From positions 5,476 through 69,475 of the forward strand of contig JBIQHI010000004.1 in the NCBI GenBank assembly GCA_044508635.1: a stretch of 64,000 nucleotides of DNA, in the 5' to 3' direction. Of the stretch, positions 19,559 through 28,246 are shown one piece after another. How positions within the stretch are numbered: the first letter of the stretch is position 1; each line of letters starts with the position of its first letter. Under the pieces are notes generated by a model. The model was not told where the DNA came from. It ran no database searches and saw nothing but the letters and a program-made list of their open reading frames with translations. A program made the position numbers and the translations under genes. Source of the stretch: Planctomycetaceae bacterium. GTDB taxonomy: Bacteria > Planctomycetota > Phycisphaerae > Phycisphaerales > SM1A02.

Positions 19559-21007
19559 TTAGAACAGAAGCTGGAACTGGCTGCGCACGACGATCTGGTT
19601 GTCTGCTCCGTCCGTGTCGGTTTGCCAGCCGGCGCTGCTCGATGCCCATGTGGCTTCAACTTCATCGAAGGCGAGGCCGATGTCGGTGCTCCACTTGAGC
19701 TGGTGCTTGTTGAAGTACTTGTTCACGCCGACGGTGACGATCGCAAGTTCATCGTTGCCCGCGATGTCGTCGTCGCCCCACTCGAAGCGGCCGTAGAGAT
19801 CGAGATCGTCCGCGAGAAACACGCTGCCTTCGATGACGAAACCGATCTGGTCGAGGTCCGCCATGCCGGCCGAGTTGAAATCGAGGTGCCGGCCGACGAT
19901 GGCGGCAAAGAGGCCGAACCCGCCGAACTCCGCGGAAGCGTCGAGCGTCCACGAAAGCGTGTCGGTTTCGGTGGCGGCGGTGCCGAACTCGCCGCGCTGA
20001 TAGTGAATCGCCCCGCCGACGAGCAGGCCGAATTCCTCGCCGCGCCACGATGTGAGGTCGTCGAACTGCTTCCAGTCGCCGGCAACGAGCCATTCGCCGC
20101 GGCCGGTGAAGGCGTACTCGGTGTCATAGGTGAGGAACGACGTGTTCTTCAGGCCAGCGCCGTCGCTGTAGGCGCCGTACACGCGGTAGTTGTCGGCGTC
20201 GTATTGCACGCGCACACCCTGCGAGCGGTTCAGCGTGAACGCCGCGTTGATGAGCGAACGCTCGAGGCCAATCTGGCGCGTCGAGGAGACCAGTTCTTCG
20301 TGCAGGAACGGGAGCTTGAACTGGCCGAAGCGCACGTACCAGCCGCCGCCGAGATTCTTCTGGATGTACGCGTCGTCAAGCTCCATCGGGCCGCTGATGG
20401 ATGACGATGAAGTCGTCACGTCCTCTTCATCGAAGTCGACAGCGACGCCGGTGAGATACGGGCGGGTGTCGCGGCCGAACGCGCCCTGGATGGAGTATGT
20501 CCACGACGGATCAATGACGTGTCCCTTCAAGGTGATTTTGGCCCGGCGAAGGTCGAAGCCCCAGCGATCGTCGTCGGAGCTGTTGTCGCGGTGGTTGTAG
20601 CCGAAGCGGACCTGCATGTAGCCGCCGATCTGCAGCATGAAGTTGCCGTCCGGGCTGCCGATCTTGAAGCCCTTGTCCCACCCGGCGACCTGTCCGCCTT
20701 CGAGCAGGCTGGCGCGCGTGTCGGCGTCGGCGAGCACGTCGGCGACCATCGAGCGAATTTCATTGGCCCGCGATTCGGTGAGCCAGCCTTCGCCAGTTTG
20801 AGCCGAGAGCTGCGAGACGAGGTTTTCGAGCTCGGCGACGCGATCTTCGAGTTGCCGCACGCGTTCCGGTTCGCCGGCGACGTCAGCCATGGAGGAGTAC
20901 ACGCATGGGCCGGCGGCGATGAGGCCGGCGACCATCCACGCAAATTCGCGATATCCACGCATCTTCTGGTTTTCCTTGGAAAGAGGTTGGAATGATGCGG
21001 GCATCAT
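19559..21007 (-). CDS. outer-membrane porin, putatively phosphate-selective (OprO/OprP-like)
   Basis: 482 aa. There is an N-terminal coiled coil (RVRQLEDRVAELENLVSQLSAQ). Alternating beta-strand-like sequence follows, ending in a C-terminal aromatic (QFQLLF). The gene is embedded between phoR and pstS. An alternative start lies at 20962. The family call is contextual. Confidence 0.6.
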   Translation of the reverse strand: MMPASFQPLSKENQKMRGYREFAWMVAGLIAAGPCVYSSMADVAGEPERVRQLEDRVAELENLVSQLSAQTGEGWLTESRANEIRSMVADVLADADTRASLLEGGQVAGWDKGFKIGSPDGNFMLQIGGYMQVRFGYNHRDNSSDDDRWGFDLRRAKITLKGHVIDPSWTYSIQGAFGRDTRPYLTGVAVDFDEEDVTTSSSSISGPMELDDAYIQKNLGGGWYVRFGQFKLPFLHEELVSSTRQIGLERSLINAAFTLNRSQGVRVQYDADNYRVYGAYSDGAGLKNTSFLTYDTEYAFTGRGEWLVAGDWKQFDDLTSWRGEEFGLLVGGAIHYQRGEFGTAATETDTLSWTLDASAEFGGFGLFAAIVGRHLDFNSAGMADLDQIGFVIEGSVFLADDLDLYGRFEWGDDDIAGNDELAIVTVGVNKYFNKHQLKWSTDIGLAFDEVEATWASSSAGWQTDTDGADNQIVVRSQFQLLF

Positions 21008-21061
21008 CGCGGCCGATTGTTCAGCTTGCGCTAAGACGGCGTGCGTTGTGTGTGATGAAGA

Positions 21062-22855
21062 TCAGTCGGCGGGCAGGACGATGGTGAACGCGCTGCCTTT
21101 GCCGAGTTCGCTGGTCACGCGGACCTCGCCGTGGTGCGCGAGGGCGATGTGCTTGACGAGCGCGAGGCCGAGACCCGTGCCGCCCACTTCGCGGCTGCGG
21201 GCCTTGTCCACCCGGTAGAACCGCTCGAAGAGGCGCGGCAGGTGCTGCTGCGCGATGCCCGGGCCTTTGTCGATCACGCTGATCTCCACCTTGCGGCCGG
21301 CGGCTGCCGCGCGGATCAGCACCTGCGTCTTCGGCGGGCTGTAGTTGATGGCGTTCGACAACAGGTTGCCGATCGCCTGCTCGATCAGCGGGCCGTGGAC
21401 GGTGACGGCCAGGTCGTCCGGCACATCCGTGTTGATCGCAATCTGCTTCGCCTCGGCGACGCGCTCGAATTGTGCGATGACGGGGCTGATGATGGAGCTC
21501 ACCGTGCGGCGGGTGCGTTCCAGCGTGTCGCGAGCGCTTGGCTGCTCAAGCTTGGCGAGCGTCATCACGTCCTCAATGATCGCCGCCAGCCGCGAGCTGT
21601 TTTTGTCCACGATGTCGAGGAAGCGGCGGGCTTGCTCGGCATCCTCAAAGCCGACTTCGAGCAGCGTTTCCACGTACCCCTTGATGTTCGTGATCGGCGT
21701 GCGCAGCTCGTGCGAGACGTTGGCGGCGAAATCGCTGCGCAGCGATTCCAGCCGGCGGAGGCGCGTCACGTCGTTGAGGATGATGAGCATGCCGCGCGGC
21801 CGTCCGTCCGCGGCGATGAGTTGCTCGCCGATGGCTTCGATGCGCGTCTGCCCTTCCGGATCGATGCTGAACTCGATGGGCAGGCGGGCGGCGTCGCGCA
21901 TGAAGTCGTCCACGTAGCGGTGCAATCGTGCGTTCATCACGACCTCGTGGAGCAACCGGCCGCGTGAATCATCCGCCTTCGCGCCGATCAATTGCTCCGC
22001 GGCGGCGTTCATGTCGAGAATGCGCTGCTCGAGATCAAGCGCGATCACCGCCGAGCTCATCGAGTGCAGAATCGCCTTGTGCATCGATTGCTGCGATTGG
22101 AGCTGATCGACGTGATCGGACATCCGCCGGGCGAGCGTGTTGAGCGATCGCGCGATGGGCATGAGCTCGGCGACTTCATCGCTGGGAAAGCGCGTTCGCA
22201 AATTCCCCGCTGCCACCTGGTCCACCTGCGCCGCAATGGCGCGGGTGCGCTGGCGCATGCGGCCGGCCATCAGCGCGAGCCCGCCTGCCGTGATGCCGAC
22301 GAGCCCGATCGCCGCCAGCGTGAGCGACCACCCGATGCCGGCAAGCCACGCATACTCGGCCGCGAGCGAGCGCCCATAGCGCAGCGTCACCTGGCGGTCG
22401 GCGTCGGCGCTCAAGCGTGTTGCCGCGAAGACGTAGGGCTCGTCGGTGAACAGGTCGACGCGCACAAGGGCGGCGCTGCTCTCGGCAATGGCGCGGGCGA
22501 CCTCCGGCCGGCGCCACGGTTGATCGAGCGGCGAGGACGCTTCGTTGGAGTCATAGAGCACGTGGTCCGCGCCTTCGAAGACGGTGATGCGAGCGTTCAG
22601 CAGTTGCGCATCGCGCCGCACCGCCACGCCGAGGCCTTCGAGGTCGCCTTCACGCTGGCCGTCGCGCAGCAGTTCGCCGTATGTCGTGCCAAGTTGCGTG
22701 ACGATGTTCGCGGCGTCATCAACCGCCCGCTCATCGATGTGCCGTCCTGCGAGCGGCCACAGCACGAGCGCGGTGATGAGGATGAGCAGAAGCTGGACGC
22801 CCAAAAGCGCCAGGCCCCATGCGACGAGGAGGGAGCGCTGGCGGTCGGAGCTCAT
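21062..22855 (-). CDS. phoR: phosphate regulon sensor histidine kinase PhoR-like
   Basis: 597 aa with an N-terminal TM segment, a second TM plus HAMP, a PAS-like segment, H-box SHELRTPITNIKGY and a HATPase domain (GGTGLGLALVKHI). An ATGA overlap joins it to phoB. Confidence 0.85.
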   Translation of the reverse strand: MSSDRQRSLLVAWGLALLGVQLLLILITALVLWPLAGRHIDERAVDDAANIVTQLGTTYGELLRDGQREGDLEGLGVAVRRDAQLLNARITVFEGADHVLYDSNEASSPLDQPWRRPEVARAIAESSAALVRVDLFTDEPYVFAATRLSADADRQVTLRYGRSLAAEYAWLAGIGWSLTLAAIGLVGITAGGLALMAGRMRQRTRAIAAQVDQVAAGNLRTRFPSDEVAELMPIARSLNTLARRMSDHVDQLQSQQSMHKAILHSMSSAVIALDLEQRILDMNAAAEQLIGAKADDSRGRLLHEVVMNARLHRYVDDFMRDAARLPIEFSIDPEGQTRIEAIGEQLIAADGRPRGMLIILNDVTRLRRLESLRSDFAANVSHELRTPITNIKGYVETLLEVGFEDAEQARRFLDIVDKNSSRLAAIIEDVMTLAKLEQPSARDTLERTRRTVSSIISPVIAQFERVAEAKQIAINTDVPDDLAVTVHGPLIEQAIGNLLSNAINYSPPKTQVLIRAAAAGRKVEISVIDKGPGIAQQHLPRLFERFYRVDKARSREVGGTGLGLALVKHIALAHHGEVRVTSELGKGSAFTIVLPAD

Positions 22856-23589
22856 GCGTCAACTGTAGCGGGAAGCTCGTCGAGCCGGTAGCCGACGCCG
22901 CGCACGGTCTGGATCATCGCCCCGAGCGCGCCGAGTTTTTTGCGGATGGCGGTGACGTGCACATCGACGATACGGCCGGTGAGCACCGCATGCTGGCCGT
23001 GAATGGAGGCGATGATCTGATCGCGCGTTCGCACGAACCCGCGGCGCGACGCCAGGCATTGCAGAATGCTGAACTCGGTGCGCGTCAGCTCGACGGGCTT
23101 TCCCCCCGCCGTGACCGTGTGTCGATCCACATCGATGACGAGCGAGCCGCCGGCGAAGGACAGGCGGCGCTGCTCGGTGGCCGTCGCGCCGTCCGCTTCC
23201 GCGCTTCGTCGCAGGATGTTGCGCACGCGCGCCATGAGCACCTTTGGGCTGAAGGGCTTGATCACATAATCATCGGCGCCCAGTTCCAGACCGGTGACGA
23301 CGTCCGCTTCGTCGCCGCGCGCGGAGGCGATGAGGATCGGGATTGAGCGCGTCTGCTCATCGCGCTTGAGCTTTCGGCAGATTTCGAGGCCATCGAGATC
23401 CGGGAGCATCAGGTCGAGCACGACGAGTTGCGGCGTCTCGCGGCGGATCGTTTCCAATGCCACCCTGCCGGAGGCAAACACCTTGGCCGCGTACCCCTCG
23501 CGATCGACGTGAAAGCGGATCAGCTCCGCAATGTCCCGCTCGTCTTCAACGATGACAATGAGTGGTGCAGACACGCAACGCTCCGTCAT
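22852..23589 (-). CDS. phoB: OmpR/PhoB-family response regulator
   Basis: The ATG at 23589 gives MTERCVSAPLIVIVEDERDIAELI. The receiver domain (LVVLDLMLPDLDG) and winged-helix domain (LTRTEFSILQCLASRRGFVRTRDQII...VDVHVTAIRKKL...IQTVRGVGYRL) are both recognisable. Confidence 0.85.
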   Translation of the reverse strand: MTERCVSAPLIVIVEDERDIAELIRFHVDREGYAAKVFASGRVALETIRRETPQLVVLDLMLPDLDGLEICRKLKRDEQTRSIPILIASARGDEADVVTGLELGADDYVIKPFSPKVLMARVRNILRRSAEADGATATEQRRLSFAGGSLVIDVDRHTVTAGGKPVELTRTEFSILQCLASRRGFVRTRDQIIASIHGQHAVLTGRIVDVHVTAIRKKLGALGAMIQTVRGVGYRLDELPATVDA

Positions 23590-23677
23590 TTGAGGCCAGT
23601 CGTGTGCGACGCACGGCATCGTTCGCCGTGTCGGCTCCACACGTCTCCCCCATTGTTCGCACGGTTTGGCGTGCAAT

Positions 23678-23707
23678 CTGTGAGCAAGGCGCTAAATTCC
23701 TGTGAGC
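23678..23707. promoter_or_regulatory. candidate regulator-binding direct repeat upstream of phoB
   Basis: CTGTGAGC occurs at 23678..23685 and again at 23700..23707, a 22-bp period. The pair lies 90-118 nt upstream of the phoB ATG. The octamer resembles the CTGTCA half-site of Pho boxes. Confidence 0.3.
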
Positions 23708-23779
23708 GATGCCTCGCCGCGTGCCTTGCGCTTCGCTTCAGGCCCCCGCGCTGTGTGCCTCCGATTCCAAACCGCCGCA

Positions 23780-25753
23780 TCAACTCTGGCGGCCGAGGAG
23801 CGGCGTTTGCGTTCGCGGCGTGTTGAACTCCGTGCCGGCGCCTTCGCCGCGTTTGGCGATCATCGGACCGACAATGGCCAGCAGAACGCCGAGCGCGAGG
23901 ATCAGCACGATGACGAAGAGAACGATGGTGCTGCGGTCGCGGGCGGGTTTGTATCGGTCGTCGTGCTCTTCCTTGCCCTGGAAGATGCGGCTCATGACCT
24001 GTCGCTGCTGCTCGGCGTCGATGGATGCGGGCACGCCGGCTGGACCGCTCGCGCCGGGCGGCCGAAGCGGCGGCGGCGTCGAAGGCCGTTCGAGCACAGC
24101 GGTGCTGGCCGGCGCGGAAAGAGCGCGCGTGACGACCACGGCGGGCGGGCGAGCTGGGGCCGACTCGCGCGAGCGGTTGTCGGACAACCTGCGAACCTGT
24201 TCCTTGAGCGCGCTCAACTCCGGCGCGGCGTCGGCGGATGAGCCTTCGAGCCGCTCAATGCGTGCCGACAATCGCGCCCCGATGGTTTCGAGCGAGTTTC
24301 GCAGCGCCGCCATTTCGCTGCGCATCTCGGCGTGAGCGAGCGATTCCGTCTCGCGCGGCGCGGCGATGCGCTGCTCGATGCCGTCGAACCATTCGCGCAC
24401 CAAGCTCAACTCTTCGCGCAGGCTCTGCACGCTGGCTTGAAGCTGCGATCGCTCGTCGTGCATTGCCTGGTGCGTGCGGCGCATCTCGTCGATGGTCCGG
24501 CTGATTTCGAGAAGCTGCTGCTGGCCGCGTTCGAGCAACTCTTCGTGCACGGTGACGCGGGCTGACGATTCCGCATCGCGCGCGAGCAACTCCGCAAGGC
24601 GCTCCTGCACGGCGTTCGACTGGGCCGCAACGTTTTCAAAACGGCTGGCGAGCTGCGAAGCTTCTTCGAGCGCCAAGCGGGCGCTGATCGTCCCTTGCTG
24701 CGCGGCTTCTTCGATCGCGGCCATCCGGCTTTCGAGCACGGAACGCAGCGATGCCGCCTCCTCCGGCTGGTGCGTGCGCGAGGCGATTTCCTGCACGGCT
24801 CCAGCGACCTGCGAATGCTCGAAGGCAAGCTGCTCCTGGCTCGCGGCAAGTTTGTCCACGCGCTGCGAAGATTCGTGCAGGCGCTGCTCGGCGCTTTCCA
24901 GGCGGGCGACGACCTGCGGCACGTCGGCCATCGACGCCTCGATGCCCTTCAGGCGGTCGGCCAATTGAGCCAATTCCTCGATGCGCTGCTGCAAGCTCGC
25001 AAACCGGTCATCGCGCTCCGAAACGTGTGCGGCGAGCTCGGCGTGACGAGCCGCAAACTCCTCGGCCATCGCGGCGTGTTGGCCCGGGAGTTCGATGCTC
25101 TGCGATTCCTCGGAGCGGTCTTCGTGCAGATCATCGATTTCGCGCTGCAGCGTGGAAATGGTTTTCTCGCGCTGGCGTGCGGCGCGTTCGAGCTGCGCGA
25201 TCTGCTCGGCGAGTTCCTCCACGCGGCGGTGCATGCGCGCGGTCAGTTCCGCTTCGCCGGCTCGCCCTGCCGCGGTGCTTTCGGATTCGCCATGCGAGCT
25301 CTCTCGCGAATCGTGCGAGAGCGCGAGCGGCTGCGCGAGATCGGGCGTCGCGGTTTCGTCGCTGTCGCTGCCTGATTCGGACGCGTCCCAATCCGCGATC
25401 GCGCTGCCGGCCGGGCTCTGCGAGGAGTCAGTGTGGCGAGCGTCGGTGCTGTCCTGGCGAAGGCAGATGGTGAATGGTCCGATGCGCACGCGATCGCCGG
25501 GGCGCAAGTCGGACTCTTCGCGGCGGCGATTGTTCACCTTGATGCCGCGCACGGAGCCGAGGTCTCGGATGATCGGCCGGCCGGCGACGACTTCGATGAC
25601 GCAATGATGCCGGCTGACGCGCGTGTCGCGCAGCACGATGTCGTTGGTGTGCGAGCGTCCGATGCGGAGCGGCTTGTCGCGCAGCTCAACGGTTCGCCGG
25701 CCAAGTCCGTTCTTGGTGGTGATCTCGATGTAGCTCACAAATCGTTTCGCCAA
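23780..25753 (-). CDS. FHA-domain protein with long coiled coil and C-terminal TM anchor
   Basis: 657 aa. The N-terminal FHA signature is LRIGRSHTNDIVLRDTRVSRHHCVIEVVAGRPIIRDLGSVRGIKVNN. About 400 aa of heptad-like Glu/Ala/Arg/Leu-rich sequence follows. The C-terminal hydrophobic segment is TIVLFVIVLILALGVLLAIVGPMIA. Confidence 0.8.
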   Translation of the reverse strand: MAKRFVSYIEITTKNGLGRRTVELRDKPLRIGRSHTNDIVLRDTRVSRHHCVIEVVAGRPIIRDLGSVRGIKVNNRRREESDLRPGDRVRIGPFTICLRQDSTDARHTDSSQSPAGSAIADWDASESGSDSDETATPDLAQPLALSHDSRESSHGESESTAAGRAGEAELTARMHRRVEELAEQIAQLERAARQREKTISTLQREIDDLHEDRSEESQSIELPGQHAAMAEEFAARHAELAAHVSERDDRFASLQQRIEELAQLADRLKGIEASMADVPQVVARLESAEQRLHESSQRVDKLAASQEQLAFEHSQVAGAVQEIASRTHQPEEAASLRSVLESRMAAIEEAAQQGTISARLALEEASQLASRFENVAAQSNAVQERLAELLARDAESSARVTVHEELLERGQQQLLEISRTIDEMRRTHQAMHDERSQLQASVQSLREELSLVREWFDGIEQRIAAPRETESLAHAEMRSEMAALRNSLETIGARLSARIERLEGSSADAAPELSALKEQVRRLSDNRSRESAPARPPAVVVTRALSAPASTAVLERPSTPPPLRPPGASGPAGVPASIDAEQQRQVMSRIFQGKEEHDDRYKPARDRSTIVLFVIVLILALGVLLAIVGPMIAKRGEGAGTEFNTPRTQTPLLGRQS

Positions 25754-25988
25754 GGCGTCAACGTTTGGTCGTTTCCCTCGGTCGCAGCACAGAGGCGCCG
25801 TCCTGTGCGCCCGCTCCCTCGATGCTCTCGCGCCCCCCAGCCAAGCAACTAGGATACGCTCGCGCGGGGCTCATGCAAAGACCAAACAATCGCCTTCAAT
25901 GGCGGTTTTCAGCCTGCTGGACGGGGCGGGCGTTCGACAGCCGGGCGCGGCGGACTACAATCGACGGCTCGGGGCGATTCGCCCGATT

Positions 25989-26061
25989 GCGCGCGTAGCT
26001 CAATGGATAGAGCATCGGTCTTCGGAACCGAGGGTTGGGGGTTCGAGTCCCTCCGCGCGTG
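25989..26061 (+). tRNA. tRNA-Arg (anticodon UCG)
   Basis: A 73-nt cloverleaf folded by hand. Acceptor GCGCGCG/CGCGCGT (G1-U72), D arm GCTC-AATGGATA-GAGC, anticodon arm TCGGT-CTTCGGA-ACCGA, 5-nt variable loop, T arm GGGGG-TTCGAGT-CCCTC. No CCA is encoded. Confidence 0.9.
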
Positions 26062-26078
26062 TGCCCCACTGGCATCGC

Positions 26079-26125
26079 AAAAACAGAAGCGGCCCGGCGC
26101 ATGAGCGCCGGGCCGCTGTGTTTCC
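26079..26125. terminator. bidirectional hairpin terminator between the tRNA and 26150..27841
   Basis: Perfect 12-bp stem GCGGCCCGGCGC-ATGA-GCGCCGGGCCGC (26089..26116). The minus-strand 3' flank is TTCTGTTTTTG and the plus-strand 3' flank is TGTGTTTCC. Confidence 0.65.
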
Positions 26126-26149
26126 GCTCGTTGCGGTGTGCTCGGCCGA

Positions 26150-27841
26150 TTACCGGAGGATGCTGATTTCGACGCTGTCGACGTTGATGTCGAACGGAAT
26201 CGTCGTGTTGCCGCGCATGGTCGTCAGACGAATGCGCACATCGCGGTTGTTGGCGCGGATGTAGTTACTGGGGTTGGGGATGTTCACGTAGGTCTTGACC
26301 TGATCGTCGCCGGTGAGCTTGAAGGTCTCCAGCTTGTCCCAGCCGCCCAGCGCCCAGTTGCGAATGAACACGCTGCACTTGGTGTTGGGCTGCACGCCGC
26401 CGCTCACTTCGAGCGTGAGGTCCATCTGCTGCACGGTGGTCACGGGCGAAGTCATGCGAATCTGGAAGTTCGACTGCTGCTTCGCGTTGATCTGCTGCGA
26501 TTCAACGATGAAATACTGATCGTCGGAGGCAACCATTTCAGGAAGGTCGCCTTCGATCAGCGTGCCCTGCGTCAACGCGAAGTTGTGCAAGGCAATGGTT
26601 TCGAACTGCGGATTGCTGGGGAACTTCGGACCGGCGGAGTCGGCGGTCACGGTGTTCGGCGTGCCCGGCTTGAAGAGACCAAGCGTGAGCGTCGCGGGGT
26701 TCGGCGTGGTGTTTGCCTTGAAGCGGAAGTTGTAGAGCGTGCCCCAGCGGAGCGCGTTGGCATTGGGGTTCTCTTCGAACGTCTGCGGGCACGACCACAC
26801 GATCTCATCGCCGATGTGCTGGCCCACCCAGTCGGTGCCGTCCCACGGCTCGCCGCTGTGATACGGAACGTCATGGAAACCGATGTCCGTCACCACCGTC
26901 TCCGCAGAGCACGGCACGCGGAACTCGCCGATCGAGCGATCGCAGTTGAGGTTCTGCACAGCGTACTCGTACTGCCACATGTCGCCGCCTGCGGGTGACA
27001 CTTTCACGGCGACAATGACGAGACCATCAAGCGGCACCTGCACGTCGGCTTCGAGCACGGAGTTGTCGGTATCCTTCCACGCGCGGATGCCAGGCTTGGT
27101 GCGCTGCGTGGGCGGCATGCCGGCGAAGCTGAAGTTCCAGTTGGCGCCGGAACCACCGACAGCGATGCGGCGGTAGGACGCGTTGTTGTACTGATTGCCG
27201 GCCGCGGCATCGTCGGGCGAGACGTACTGCCCTTCGACGAAGTACATGCCGCCGCCGTCCTGCGTGGGATCGATATCGGAGATGGCGACCTGCAACCGCT
27301 TATAGATGGAGTTGCCGGTGCTGCTGAAGTTCTGCGCGGGCCACGAGAAGTTGCCGTTGAAGGCGTTGACCTGCCACTTCGGTCCCATGCCGTCCTGATC
27401 GCCGTTGAGGAAGGAGTCATAGGGATCGGAGCAACCGACGCCGAGGCGCGTGCCGTTGGGCCACGCGGAGCAGCCGCAACTGCAGGCGTTCATCTGCAGC
27501 GCGGTGAAGCCGTGCTTGAGCCACGCCTGGCCGATGTGCTCGAAGCGACCGTCCTTCAAGCGAAAGAGATTCTGGCCGATCACAGGGTGCTGATTGCTGC
27601 CCGCAACCCAGAGCAACTCCTGCGTGCCGATGTTGCACGACGTGGTGCCGATCGCGACGGCTTCAATGCCGCCGAGTGAGGTGTAGTTCGACGGGCCGGT
27701 GAGTTCGCCGACGATGACGTCGGGCCCGAACCCGCCCGGGGGGCATTGCGCGAAAAGCGAGCCGGAAATCGCAAGAGCGAGCGCGGCGGCGAAGACACCC
27801 GCGGCGCGTGACCCCTGCTCTGGGCACTTCCAACTATTCAT
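26150..27841 (-). CDS. secreted hypothetical protein with shared C-terminal ~150-aa module
   Basis: The ATG at 27841 is preceded by GGAGGAG and gives MNSWKCPEQGSRAAGVFAAALALAISGSLFAQ (signal). The body is Cys-containing. The last 151 aa are alignable to the C-terminus of 28247..30451. Confidence 0.8.
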   Translation of the reverse strand: MNSWKCPEQGSRAAGVFAAALALAISGSLFAQCPPGGFGPDVIVGELTGPSNYTSLGGIEAVAIGTTSCNIGTQELLWVAGSNQHPVIGQNLFRLKDGRFEHIGQAWLKHGFTALQMNACSCGCSAWPNGTRLGVGCSDPYDSFLNGDQDGMGPKWQVNAFNGNFSWPAQNFSSTGNSIYKRLQVAISDIDPTQDGGGMYFVEGQYVSPDDAAAGNQYNNASYRRIAVGGSGANWNFSFAGMPPTQRTKPGIRAWKDTDNSVLEADVQVPLDGLVIVAVKVSPAGGDMWQYEYAVQNLNCDRSIGEFRVPCSAETVVTDIGFHDVPYHSGEPWDGTDWVGQHIGDEIVWSCPQTFEENPNANALRWGTLYNFRFKANTTPNPATLTLGLFKPGTPNTVTADSAGPKFPSNPQFETIALHNFALTQGTLIEGDLPEMVASDDQYFIVESQQINAKQQSNFQIRMTSPVTTVQQMDLTLEVSGGVQPNTKCSVFIRNWALGGWDKLETFKLTGDDQVKTYVNIPNPSNYIRANNRDVRIRLTTMRGNTTIPFDINVDSVEISILR

Positions 27842-28177
27842 CTGTGAGTCTCCTCCAACCCAGGTGCGAAACAATGCGATCCGCCGTGGACCACAGTGGG
27901 GAGTGGGTTTGCTCCCTTTATAGGGCAAGATGGGCCGGGACGGAATGGGAATCCGGCAAAAGGCGCCGGCAACGTCCGAAAATGCCGTCGTGCGGCCCGG
28001 TCGGGGTTGAGGCCGTGAGCCACGCAGGCCGCGGGGCGAGCGTTGGTGTTGTGAGAGGGGCCAACAAGCCGCCGTAGATCGGGCGATGGCAGTGGTCACT
28101 TGCAATCGCAAGATGGCGGCGGTTTGGCGATGGCGCGAGAAAGCCGCGATTTCACCTCCCACGCGCTCGCCTTCAGC

Positions 28178-28212
28178 TCAAAAGAAGCCCACGGATTGAA
28201 TCCATGGGCTTC
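28178..28212 (-). terminator. Rho-independent terminator downstream of 28247..30451
   Basis: The minus strand reads GAAGCCCATGGA-TTCAA-TCCGTGGGCTTC followed by TTTTGAG. Confidence 0.65.
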
Positions 28213-28246
28213 GGGCGATCACCTGTCGTCTCGTATCGCGAGAACG

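Noticed and set aside
22852-23676. The long N-terminal extensions offered by the track for many genes: phoB, pstS, pstB, the phosphohexomutase, the transporter, the 26150 gene, the giant K-like gene, both M14 genes and coaB
   Set aside because: The extensions overlap neighbouring genes or are Arg/Pro-rich. Internal starts give proper signal peptides or family-typical N-termini, often with an ATGA stop/start overlap or a GGAG-type site.
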